Assembly (NCBI GenBank): GCA_963845565.1
Contig: CAWJSJ010000002.1
Coordinates: 1,280,001 to 1,344,000 of the forward strand
Direction: 5' to 3'
Length of the DNA stretch: 64,000 nucleotides
Source: an uncultured Methylomirabilota bacterium
Lineage (GTDB): Bacteria > Methylomirabilota > Methylomirabilia > Methylomirabilales > 2-02-FULL-66-22
Positions 30,260 through 38,274 of this stretch are shown here, in pieces. The notes beneath the pieces were generated by a model that saw only the letters and a list, made by a program, of their open reading frames with translations, ran no database searches and was not told the origin of the DNA. Within the stretch, counting starts at the first letter, position 1, and the number at the start of each line of letters is the position of its first letter. The position numbers and the translations under genes were made by a program.

Positions 30260-31804
30260 CTACACCGGCATCAGGCCGTGTTTCTTGGTCGGATTCTGCT
30301 GCACCTTGGTGCGCAATACCTCCAGGGCGCGGATCAGGCGCGGCCGGGTCTCGCGCGGCTCGATCACCTCGTCGATCTGGCCAAGATCCGCCGCCCGGAA
30401 CGGATTGAAGAACATCTCGCGGTAATGCTCGATATACTTCCGCTCCAGCGCGGCCGGATCGTCCGCCTTGGACAGCTCCTGCCGGTACAGGATGCGAACC
30501 GCGCCTTCCGCGCCCATCACGGCGATCTGCGCGGTGGGCCAGGCGTAGGCGAGGTCGTTCCGCATCTGCTTGGAGCTCATGGCGACGTAGGAGCCGCCCA
30601 TCGCCTTCCGGGTGACGATCGAAATCTTCGGGACCGTGGCCTCGGTGTACGCGTAGATGATCTTGGCCCCGTGTCGGATGACCCCGTGGTACTCCTGGTC
30701 CACGCCGGGCAGGAAGCCGGGGCAGTCCACGAAGGTGATCAGCGGGATGCTGTAGGCATCGCAGATCCGGATGAAGCGCGAGATCTTGTCGCTGGCATCG
30801 ATGTCCAGCGCGCCGGCCATGTGGGCGGGCTGGTTGGCCACGATCCCTACGGAATAGCCGTCCAGGCGCGCGAAACCGACCACCGCGTTCGGGGCGTAAC
30901 AGGAGTGCACCTCCAGAAAGCTGTCGCGGTCGAAAACGGCGTCGATCACGAGGTGCATGTCGTAGGCTTCGCTTTCGCTGGCGGGCACCACGCTGTTCAG
31001 GGACTCCTCCATGCGGTCAGGTGGATCATAGGGCGCCACCTGGGGTGGGTCCTCGGTGTTGTTCTGGGGCAGGTAACTCAGCAGCAATTTCGCCATGGAG
31101 ATGGCGGCCTGCTCGTTGGCGGCGAGAAAGTGCGCCACGCCGCTCCGGCAGTTGTGGATCAGCGGGCCGCCCAGGTTGGCGACGCTCACGTCCTCGCCGG
31201 TCACCGCCTTGATCACCTCGGGCCCGGTCAAGAACATGAAGCTGGTGTCGCGGGTCATGATGACGAAATCGGTGAGCGCCGGAGAATAGACCGCACCGCC
31301 CGCGCAGGGGCCGAGCATCACCGAGATCTGCGGGACCACACCTGACGCCAGGACATTGCGCTGGAAGACCTCGCCGTACGCCGCCAGGCTCCGGACGCCC
31401 TCCTGGATGCGAGCGCCGCCCGAGTCGTTCAGGCCGATGAGGGGGATGCCGCTTTCCAGGGCCAGATCCTGGATCCGGCAGATCTTGTGCGATTGGACCT
31501 CGGAGAACGAGCCGCCCATCACCGTGAAGTCCTGGGCGAACACCGCCACCCGGCGCCCGTTGATCTTCCCCAGACCGGTGACGATCCCGTCGCCCGGATA
31601 GCGTTGATCCGCCATCCCGAAGTCGGTGATGTTATGGGTAGCCAGGGCGCCGAACTCCTGGAAGGAGTCCTCGTCCAGGAGGAACGCCAACCGCTCCCGG
31701 GCGGTGAGCTTCCCCCGCTCGTGTTGCTGCTCGATCCGCTTGGGACCGCCGCCCTTCAGGGCTTTTTCACGGAGCGCGCGTAACGTAGACAGATAGTCAC
31801 TCAT
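30260..31804 (-). CDS. Acyl-CoA carboxyltransferase (methylmalonyl-CoA decarboxylase alpha, MmdA/PccB-like)
   Basis: GKLTARER, DSGGARIQEG, GPCAGGAVYSPALTD, DCPGFLPGVDQE and KKHGLMPV. Confidence 0.93.
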   Translation of the reverse strand: MSDYLSTLRALREKALKGGGPKRIEQQHERGKLTARERLAFLLDEDSFQEFGALATHNITDFGMADQRYPGDGIVTGLGKINGRRVAVFAQDFTVMGGSFSEVQSHKICRIQDLALESGIPLIGLNDSGGARIQEGVRSLAAYGEVFQRNVLASGVVPQISVMLGPCAGGAVYSPALTDFVIMTRDTSFMFLTGPEVIKAVTGEDVSVANLGGPLIHNCRSGVAHFLAANEQAAISMAKLLLSYLPQNNTEDPPQVAPYDPPDRMEESLNSVVPASESEAYDMHLVIDAVFDRDSFLEVHSCYAPNAVVGFARLDGYSVGIVANQPAHMAGALDIDASDKISRFIRICDAYSIPLITFVDCPGFLPGVDQEYHGVIRHGAKIIYAYTEATVPKISIVTRKAMGGSYVAMSSKQMRNDLAYAWPTAQIAVMGAEGAVRILYRQELSKADDPAALERKYIEHYREMFFNPFRAADLGQIDEVIEPRETRPRLIRALEVLRTKVQQNPTKKHGLMPV

Positions 31805-31846
31805 GGGTCAGCTCCACTCTATTCCCTCCGCTCGGCAGGCTCCGTG

Positions 31847-33007
31847 TCATGCCTGCCCGGCCAGGGCCACGGTTGCCAACAGGATGTTCTTGACCCCCGT
31901 CGGGATCGGCCCGGTCTCGATGTACTCGTCCAGTCGGTGCTCGTTGGCCCCCTCGGTAATCGCGATGCAGACGCCGGGGAGTCCGACGCCGAGCGCCGCA
32001 TTCACGTCGGTGCTGGAGGCCTCGGTGAACGTCTGCAGGCCCAGGGCGCGGTGGACGGCCTTGCAGGTCTCGACCACAGGGTGGGTGGCGGGAATGGAGC
32101 CGGCCGGCCGGTCCCCCACCAGTGCCAGCGTGGCCTGACCGTCACCCTCCTTGACTGTTCGCTCGATGATGGCGAGAACCCGCCGCTCCAGATCGGCCAG
32201 CGATTTGATGTCCACCGAGCGCATGTCCACCAGCATGTCGGCCTCGGACGCGATGGTGTTGACCGTGGTGCCGCCGTGGATGACGCCGACGTTGTAGGTG
32301 GTCTTGGGATCGGTGGGGACCTCCAGGCGGGAGATGTCGGCGATGGCTCGCCCCAGGATGTGAATGGCGCTGGGCGCGGGAAAATGGCCCCAACTGTGCC
32401 CGCCCCGGGCGGTGATGGTGACCTTGTAACGGCGGCTGCCCACCGCGACGTGAATGATGCGATTGATCTTCATCCCTTCGAGCGCGACCAAGGCTTTCAC
32501 CGTGTCCTTCACGTCCCCCACAAAGGCCTTCATCCCCTTGAGGTCGCCGAGCCCCTCTTCGCCGGTGTTGCAGGTCAGGTAGAGATCGCCTGCGGTCCGA
32601 ACACCTCCGGCGTCCAGGCCCTCCACCATCGCCAGGAGAGACGCCACCGCCACGCTGTTGTCCCCGATCCCCGGGGCCAAGAGCCGAGCCCCTGCGCGTT
32701 TCACCCGAACGTCGGTCCCTTTGGGGAACACCGTGTCCAGGTGGGCCCCGACGGCGATCCCTGGGGCGTTCCCAGTGCCCGGTCGCCTGCCCCGGACATT
32801 TCCCGCTCCGTCGATGAACACGTCCCGGAGACCCAGCTGGGCGAACCGCTCCTTCACGTAGGCCGCCCGGTCCCCCTCCTCGAACGTCGGGGCCGGGATT
32901 TCGCAGACCCGGATGGCTTCCTCGACCACTTGGCCCGCGTGGGCATCCACCCAGGCCAGGGCCGCGGCCATGGTGGGGTCCTGCATCAGCTTCGGGATGT
33001 CGCTCAT
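31847..33007 (-). CDS. M20/M25/M40 family metallo-hydrolase
   Basis: GAHLDTVFP, APGIGDN, GEEGLGDL, GGHSWG and HRLDE. Confidence 0.9.
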   Translation of the reverse strand: MSDIPKLMQDPTMAAALAWVDAHAGQVVEEAIRVCEIPAPTFEEGDRAAYVKERFAQLGLRDVFIDGAGNVRGRRPGTGNAPGIAVGAHLDTVFPKGTDVRVKRAGARLLAPGIGDNSVAVASLLAMVEGLDAGGVRTAGDLYLTCNTGEEGLGDLKGMKAFVGDVKDTVKALVALEGMKINRIIHVAVGSRRYKVTITARGGHSWGHFPAPSAIHILGRAIADISRLEVPTDPKTTYNVGVIHGGTTVNTIASEADMLVDMRSVDIKSLADLERRVLAIIERTVKEGDGQATLALVGDRPAGSIPATHPVVETCKAVHRALGLQTFTEASSTDVNAALGVGLPGVCIAITEGANEHRLDEYIETGPIPTGVKNILLATVALAGQA

Positions 33008-33127
33008 GGATCCTCCTGGCGCCGTGCCGGCGCACTCGACGCTATTGCTAACCATCCCACTCACGGCTATCATAAGTCAAATTCATTATCTTAATGCCAT
33101 TCATAAATACCATTGGAGGTCAGCCCG

Positions 33128-34069
33128 ATGAACCTTCACCAGTTGCGCGTGTTTTACGAGGTCGCCCGTGCCCGGAGCTTCACCGCAGCCGCGAGCCAGT
33201 TGCGCCTCACCCAGCCGGCGGCCACCTGGCAGATCAAGCGGCTCGAGGAGGCCTACGACTTGCAGTTTCTGGAGCGCGCCGGGAAGCGGGTCTCGCTCAC
33301 CGAGGAGGGGAAGGTGCTGTTCGACTTCGCCGGTCGCCTCCTCCGTCTGGCGGGGGAAGCCGAGGAGGCGCTGGCGGACCTGCGGGGCCTACCGCTCGGG
33401 ATGCTCCGCATCGACGCGACCTACATCTGCGGCGACTACTACCTCCCGGCCCTCCTGGAGGCCCTGCACCGCCGGCACCCGGGGATCCGATATCAGATCG
33501 GAATCGGAAACAGCAGCCAGGTCATCGAGAACACCCTGGCTCAGAAGAACGACATCGGAATCTCCGCCCAGGACCCCGCGCACCCCAGGCTGGAAGCCCA
33601 CCGGATCATGTCGGACCTGCTGGTGGGCGTGGTGGGTCGGACCCATCCGTTCGCGCGCCGCCGGGCCATCACCGTGCGTGAGCTGGCGGGCCAACCGCTG
33701 ATCCTGCGCGAGAAGGGCTCGTCGCCGCGAGGGGTGGTCGACGACATCCTGAGCCGGCATGGCGTGGTGCCCACGGTCATCATGGAATCGGCGAGCACCT
33801 CGGCCATCAAGCGGTTCGTCGAAAACGGCGTCGGGATGGCGATTCTGTCCCAAGAGGTGGTCCGGAAGGAGCTCCAGGACAAGACCCTCCATCAGGTTCT
33901 CTTCACGGACGCGGAAATCGCGTATCATTTCTACCTGATCCGCCACAAGGACCGCTGGATCTCGCGTGCCCTGAGCGCGTTCGTGGAGCTGGCCCGATCG
34001 TTCCAGCTTCGGCCGGAGGCCGCCGCCCGGCCTCGACGACGCCAGGCGCGTCGAGGCCGGGCGCGGTGA
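33128..34069 (+). CDS. LysR-family transcriptional regulator
   Basis: MNLHQLRVFYEVARARSFTAAASQLRLTQPAATWQIKRLE HTH and LREKGS. Divergent from the M20-decarboxylase operon across an AT-rich spacer. Confidence 0.93.
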   Translation: MNLHQLRVFYEVARARSFTAAASQLRLTQPAATWQIKRLEEAYDLQFLERAGKRVSLTEEGKVLFDFAGRLLRLAGEAEEALADLRGLPLGMLRIDATYICGDYYLPALLEALHRRHPGIRYQIGIGNSSQVIENTLAQKNDIGISAQDPAHPRLEAHRIMSDLLVGVVGRTHPFARRRAITVRELAGQPLILREKGSSPRGVVDDILSRHGVVPTVIMESASTSAIKRFVENGVGMAILSQEVVRKELQDKTLHQVLFTDAEIAYHFYLIRHKDRWISRALSAFVELARSFQLRPEAAARPRRRQARRGRAR

Positions 34070-34081
34070 CCGGAACCGCCG

Positions 34082-35386
34082 TCAGCGCGCAAGCAGGAGC
34101 ATGCCCATCACGGCCCCGATCAGCATGGGGACCGCGTTACGCTTCATGACCTCGAAGGGACTGACGCCGGCGAAGGCCGACGCGATGATGCACCCGGCTG
34201 CCACGGGGGACATGCTGCGACCCAGGGCGCCGCCGATGTTGGCCAGGTTCCCGAGATTGATCGTGTTGATGCCGAACGAGGCCGCGTGGGGAGTGACCGC
34301 GTTGTTGAAGGCCAGCGTGGCGGCGTCCCCGGAGCCGCCCAGAACGGCTAGGATGAAGGGACCGAAGGTCCCGGCAAACGGCACGGCCGACTTGGCGCTC
34401 TTAAGGGCCTCGATGAGATCCTTCATCACCCCCGCCGCCTCCAGGCCGGCGATGAAGGCCCCCGCCGCAATGATGATTCCGAACACGAACCCATAGGCGT
34501 GGCCCATTCCGTCGAAGAACTTGTTGCAAATCGTCACCGGGCTGGTCCGGGTGACCAGCATCCCCAGAGCCGTTCCGATCAGCATGGCGACCAGGACCGT
34601 GACTCCCTTGGGAATGAAGGGGAGCGCTCCGGTGATCGCCGGCACATTGGTGACGATGAGGATGGCCAGCGGCACCATGGGGGTGATTGCCCAAAGATAG
34701 TTTACCTGCTCCAGCGTGGCGCGCTCCGTCTTGGCGATCTGGGCAAGGTTGGAGCCGGCCTTCTCCGGGGTCCAGTCCTTGTCCTGCTTGAAGAGCTTTC
34801 CCTCAAGGAAGAGGACGATGGCGATCAGTGCGGCGATGGACAGGGTGTATGGCATGTGCGCCTGGATGACCTCCATCACGGGGACATTGGCGATCTTGGC
34901 CACCATGGCGTTGTGGGCGTTTCCTGGGCTCCAGGTGGAGCCCCAGGTGCCGGCAAAGACCGCCGCCGCCGCCATGGCGGGATGAATGCCGGCCGCCATC
35001 ATGGCCGGGATCAACACCACGCCCACGGCCGCCGTGCAGCCCGCCGCGCTGGGCAGCGCCATGTTGACGAAGAAGGTCACCAGCATCGCCCCGGGTATGA
35101 GGAGAGGCCGAACCTTGACGAGGGGGTCCGTGAGCATCTTGACAAGGTGGGCGTTGCAGCCGGTCAGCTCCATGACGGCGGCAAAACCCATGACGGGGGG
35201 AATGGCCTGGAGCAGTCCGGCCACGACCATGTTCCGGGCGAAGGCATCCGACCAGGCCTGTGGGTTCCAGGCGATGACGGCCATGATCAGGCCGCCGGTA
35301 AGCAGGGCCAGGCGCACCTCCAGCTTCTTGACGATGGCGCCGAAGGTGAGCACCGTGACTGCTGCGGCGATGGCGTACATGAGCAT
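34082..35386 (-). CDS. DcuC-family C4-dicarboxylate/organic acid transporter
   Basis: Highly hydrophobic; LPSAAG, GSGDAATLAFN and GALGRSMSPVA; AAAGGAG RBS. Confidence 0.82.
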   Translation of the reverse strand: MLMYAIAAAVTVLTFGAIVKKLEVRLALLTGGLIMAVIAWNPQAWSDAFARNMVVAGLLQAIPPVMGFAAVMELTGCNAHLVKMLTDPLVKVRPLLIPGAMLVTFFVNMALPSAAGCTAAVGVVLIPAMMAAGIHPAMAAAAVFAGTWGSTWSPGNAHNAMVAKIANVPVMEVIQAHMPYTLSIAALIAIVLFLEGKLFKQDKDWTPEKAGSNLAQIAKTERATLEQVNYLWAITPMVPLAILIVTNVPAITGALPFIPKGVTVLVAMLIGTALGMLVTRTSPVTICNKFFDGMGHAYGFVFGIIIAAGAFIAGLEAAGVMKDLIEALKSAKSAVPFAGTFGPFILAVLGGSGDAATLAFNNAVTPHAASFGINTINLGNLANIGGALGRSMSPVAAGCIIASAFAGVSPFEVMKRNAVPMLIGAVMGMLLLAR

Positions 35387-35420
35387 CGTCACGCTCCTTT
35401 CCGGCCCGAAGGCCTTCTGT

Positions 35421-35571
35421 TAGACTGCTGAAAACGGCCCATCTGCTGCGTTGGCTCGTTCGGGCACTCGTTGCGGCGTACCTGGAGTACGCCTCACTCG
35501 GCCCATCGCTCGCCGCCTTGCACCTGGGCCGTTTTGAGCAGCCTGGGTGCAGGCGGGCTCTTCAGCATCCT
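35421..35571. mobile_element. MITE-like palindromic element, copy 1
   Basis: TAGACTGCTGAAAA...TTTTGAGCAGCCTG with a second right arm ...TTCAGCATCCT; colinear with 57070-57220. Confidence 0.75.
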
Positions 35572-35597
35572 TCCGGAAGACTGCGGCGCCTCCGCCG

Positions 35598-37019
35598 CTA
35601 GGCCAGGGGGCGCGGCCGATAGAATGCGCTGTCCGCCAAGTCCACGACGAGGGGCCGAAGGCCCCGCGCCTGCACCGCGGCGGCGCCCGCCGCGGTGGTG
35701 ATGATCCGGCTGCCGCTGCCGCAGGCGTATCCTTGGTGCATGATGACGCGCCCGCCGGAGATGCCCAGGGTCGCCCGCTGCTCCGCGAGGCTCACGACGG
35801 TGATGTCTGCGTCGGCGCCGGCTCGCAGGGTACCCTTGGTGTTGAGGCCCAGGATGCGGGCCGGATTCAGGCTGGCCTTGGTGGCAAACTCGACCAGGGT
35901 GAGCGCCTGGAGCTTGACCAGGGCCAGGCCCATCTCGACGATGACGTTCCGTGGGATGCCGCCCCCGTCAGTGCTGATGGCGTCCACCACGAACTCGCCC
36001 GAGGGGCGCTTGGCGGCGGCTAGGCGGAGCCGTGGCTCCGGCGGGTTGACGGCGAAGCTTACCGTGGCGTCGGTGTTGCGCTGCCGCCAGTAGTCCCGAG
36101 CGGCAGACCCCGTTCCAAGCAGGACGCGACCGCCCGCCTCGACGTTGATCTGGGCCCAGCCCGCCAGGATGGCCGCCTCGAAGCCGGCCTCGGTCGGCGG
36201 GAACCCCCCGACCGTCAGACAGTGTTGGGTGACGCGGCTCTCCGGCGCCCCGCCCGAGCACTTGGCGCTGGTGCCGTTCAGCGGGGACAAATAGCTTTCC
36301 GCGCGCAGGTTGGGGTGGGCGGCGAGCGCCGCGATGGCCTCTTCCGTCTCCTGCATCCAGGGGCGGACGGCGCCCCGGCAGTAACTGTTGACGTGGGCGA
36401 TGTGCAGGGCATGGGGTCCGGCCAGTTCCACGGCCTGGAGGAACCCCTCGATATTGGAGCCCTGTGTGAGGCTACCGGCATGGAAGGCGACGTAGGCGTG
36501 GCGCGCATTCGCCAGCTCGATGGTCCGGGCCGTGGCCTCGGGGGTAAGCGGATAGTGCCCGCCGAGCAGCTTGAAGCCGATGGCCCCCTTGCGCAGGCTT
36601 CCGTCGAGGAGTGCCTGGAGCTCCGCCGGGTTTGGATCGGTGCCCTGCACCGTCTGGCCGGGTCGGACCGCCTCGATGCAGGCGATGTTCAGGCCGACCC
36701 CGTGGTCTCGGGCGATGTCGAGGACGCTGTCGATGGGTCCCGACATGTCCAGGGCGGTCGTCACGCCGACCTCGGCCATCATCTTGTGGCCCGCGCGCCC
36801 CCCCAGCCAGGCCGAGGCGTGCATGTGCATGTCAACGATGCCGGGAAGCGCGACCAGGCCGTGGAGATCGAAGACCTCGCGCGCCAGGGTGGGGTCCAGG
36901 TCCGGGGCGATTTCGACGACCTTCCCGCCGGTCACGGCGAGGTCGGCGGCCTCGACGCGAGCCCCGAGCGGATCGACGATCGTCCCTCCCTTCAGCAGGA
37001 TGTCAAAGGCCACAGCCAT
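35598..37019 (-). CDS. Amidohydrolase superfamily protein
   Basis: DILLKGGTIVDP, PGIVDMHMH (HxH), KLLGGH, HAG, HIAH, STDGG and NPARILGL...KGTLRAGADADI. Confidence 0.9.
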   Translation of the reverse strand: MAVAFDILLKGGTIVDPLGARVEAADLAVTGGKVVEIAPDLDPTLAREVFDLHGLVALPGIVDMHMHASAWLGGRAGHKMMAEVGVTTALDMSGPIDSVLDIARDHGVGLNIACIEAVRPGQTVQGTDPNPAELQALLDGSLRKGAIGFKLLGGHYPLTPEATARTIELANARHAYVAFHAGSLTQGSNIEGFLQAVELAGPHALHIAHVNSYCRGAVRPWMQETEEAIAALAAHPNLRAESYLSPLNGTSAKCSGGAPESRVTQHCLTVGGFPPTEAGFEAAILAGWAQINVEAGGRVLLGTGSAARDYWRQRNTDATVSFAVNPPEPRLRLAAAKRPSGEFVVDAISTDGGGIPRNVIVEMGLALVKLQALTLVEFATKASLNPARILGLNTKGTLRAGADADITVVSLAEQRATLGISGGRVIMHQGYACGSGSRIITTAAGAAAVQARGLRPLVVDLADSAFYRPRPLA

Positions 37020-37071
37020 CCGACCTCCTTTCCGCAGGTTTCGCGCGTGTCGTTGGGGGGACTTGCCGCTC

Positions 37072-38151
37072 TTAGCCGCCGCGCCGGAAGTCGTTGCCTT
37101 GGCCCACCAGGCCGTTGGGCAACCGGACCGTCCGGTCGGGATCCGCCGCGGCGCGACCCAATACCAGGGGTGCGGCTCCCTGCCGCCGGAGCGTCTCCAG
37201 CGCCCGATCGGCGTCCGCCGCCGCAACCACCAGACAAAAGCCCACGCCCATGTTGTAGACCTGGAACATCTCCTCGTCCGAGACCCCACCCAGTCGCTGC
37301 AGGAGGCGGAAGACCGGCGGGAGTTCGGGCAGCGTGTCGAGGACGTAGCCCACCGCCGACTGCACACGCAGGAGATTCGTGAGCCCGTCGCTGGTGATGT
37401 GGGCCATGGCCTTCACCTGAACGCCCGATCGGAGGACTTCCAGGACCTCGCGGACGTAGATCCGCGTCGGCTCGAGGAGTTCCTCGCCGAGGCTGCGCCC
37501 GAACTCGGGCATGTGCTGTTCCGGGCGGAGGTTGGCCCGATTGAAAAAGACCTCGCGGGCCAGGGTCAGGCCGTTGCTGTGGATGCCGCTGGAAGGGAGG
37601 CCGATGACCACGTCACCCGGCCGGATGTCCTGGCCGATGATGATCTTGTCCACGGGCACCATGCCGACGCATGCGCCGGCAAGGTCGAATCCCCGTCCCT
37701 CCCGGACCCCCTTGATCAATTCCCGGACCTGGGCGATCTCGCCGCCGGGGATGGAGATGTTGGCCTGCCGGGCTCCCTCGTAGAGGCCCTTGCCGATAGC
37801 TTCCAGCATCGCCGGATCGGCCTCCTGGACCGCGATGTAGTCCAGCATGGCAAGGGGTTCGGCCCCCACGCAGAGGAGGTCGTTGACGTTCATGGCGATG
37901 CAGTCGATCCCGACCGTGTCGTACTTGTCCAGCATCTCCGCCACCAAGAGCTTGGTGCCGACCCCGTCCGTGGAGAGCGCCAGGCCGAGATTGTTCCCGA
38001 GATCCAGGACGGTGGCGAAGTAGCCGAAGTCCAGGACCGGCTTGCAGCGGCCGAAGGCCACGGTCTGCCCCACCCAGCGGAGCAGGCCGGCCAGGGCCGC
38101 CTCTTCCTTGATCGTGTTGACGCCGGTCCCCGAGTAGCTCGCCTCACTCAT
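37072..38151 (-). CDS. purM: Phosphoribosylformylglycinamidine cyclo-ligase (AIR synthase)
   Basis: STDGVGTK, GIDCIAMNVNDL, SSGIHSNGLTLAR, LLEPTRIYV, AHIT and YNMGVG. Confidence 0.93.
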   Translation of the reverse strand: MSEASYSGTGVNTIKEEAALAGLLRWVGQTVAFGRCKPVLDFGYFATVLDLGNNLGLALSTDGVGTKLLVAEMLDKYDTVGIDCIAMNVNDLLCVGAEPLAMLDYIAVQEADPAMLEAIGKGLYEGARQANISIPGGEIAQVRELIKGVREGRGFDLAGACVGMVPVDKIIIGQDIRPGDVVIGLPSSGIHSNGLTLAREVFFNRANLRPEQHMPEFGRSLGEELLEPTRIYVREVLEVLRSGVQVKAMAHITSDGLTNLLRVQSAVGYVLDTLPELPPVFRLLQRLGGVSDEEMFQVYNMGVGFCLVVAAADADRALETLRRQGAAPLVLGRAAADPDRTVRLPNGLVGQGNDFRRGG

Positions 38152-38171
38152 ATCCACGCTCCCTTCGCGAT

Positions 38172-38252
38172 AACCACCGATGTCACAAATCTCACAGATC
38201 CACGGGCCAGATCCCACGAAACCATTCTGTGAACTCTGCGAAATCTGTGGTT
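38172..38252. repeat. Imperfect palindrome with 9-bp periodic arms (CACAGATTT-like)
   Basis: AACCACCGATGTCACAAATCTCACAGAT ... TTCTGTGAACTCTGCGAAATCTGTGGTT between metG and purM. Confidence 0.7.
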
Positions 38253-38274
38253 CCCCAAATCCTCGGTCGCCGGT

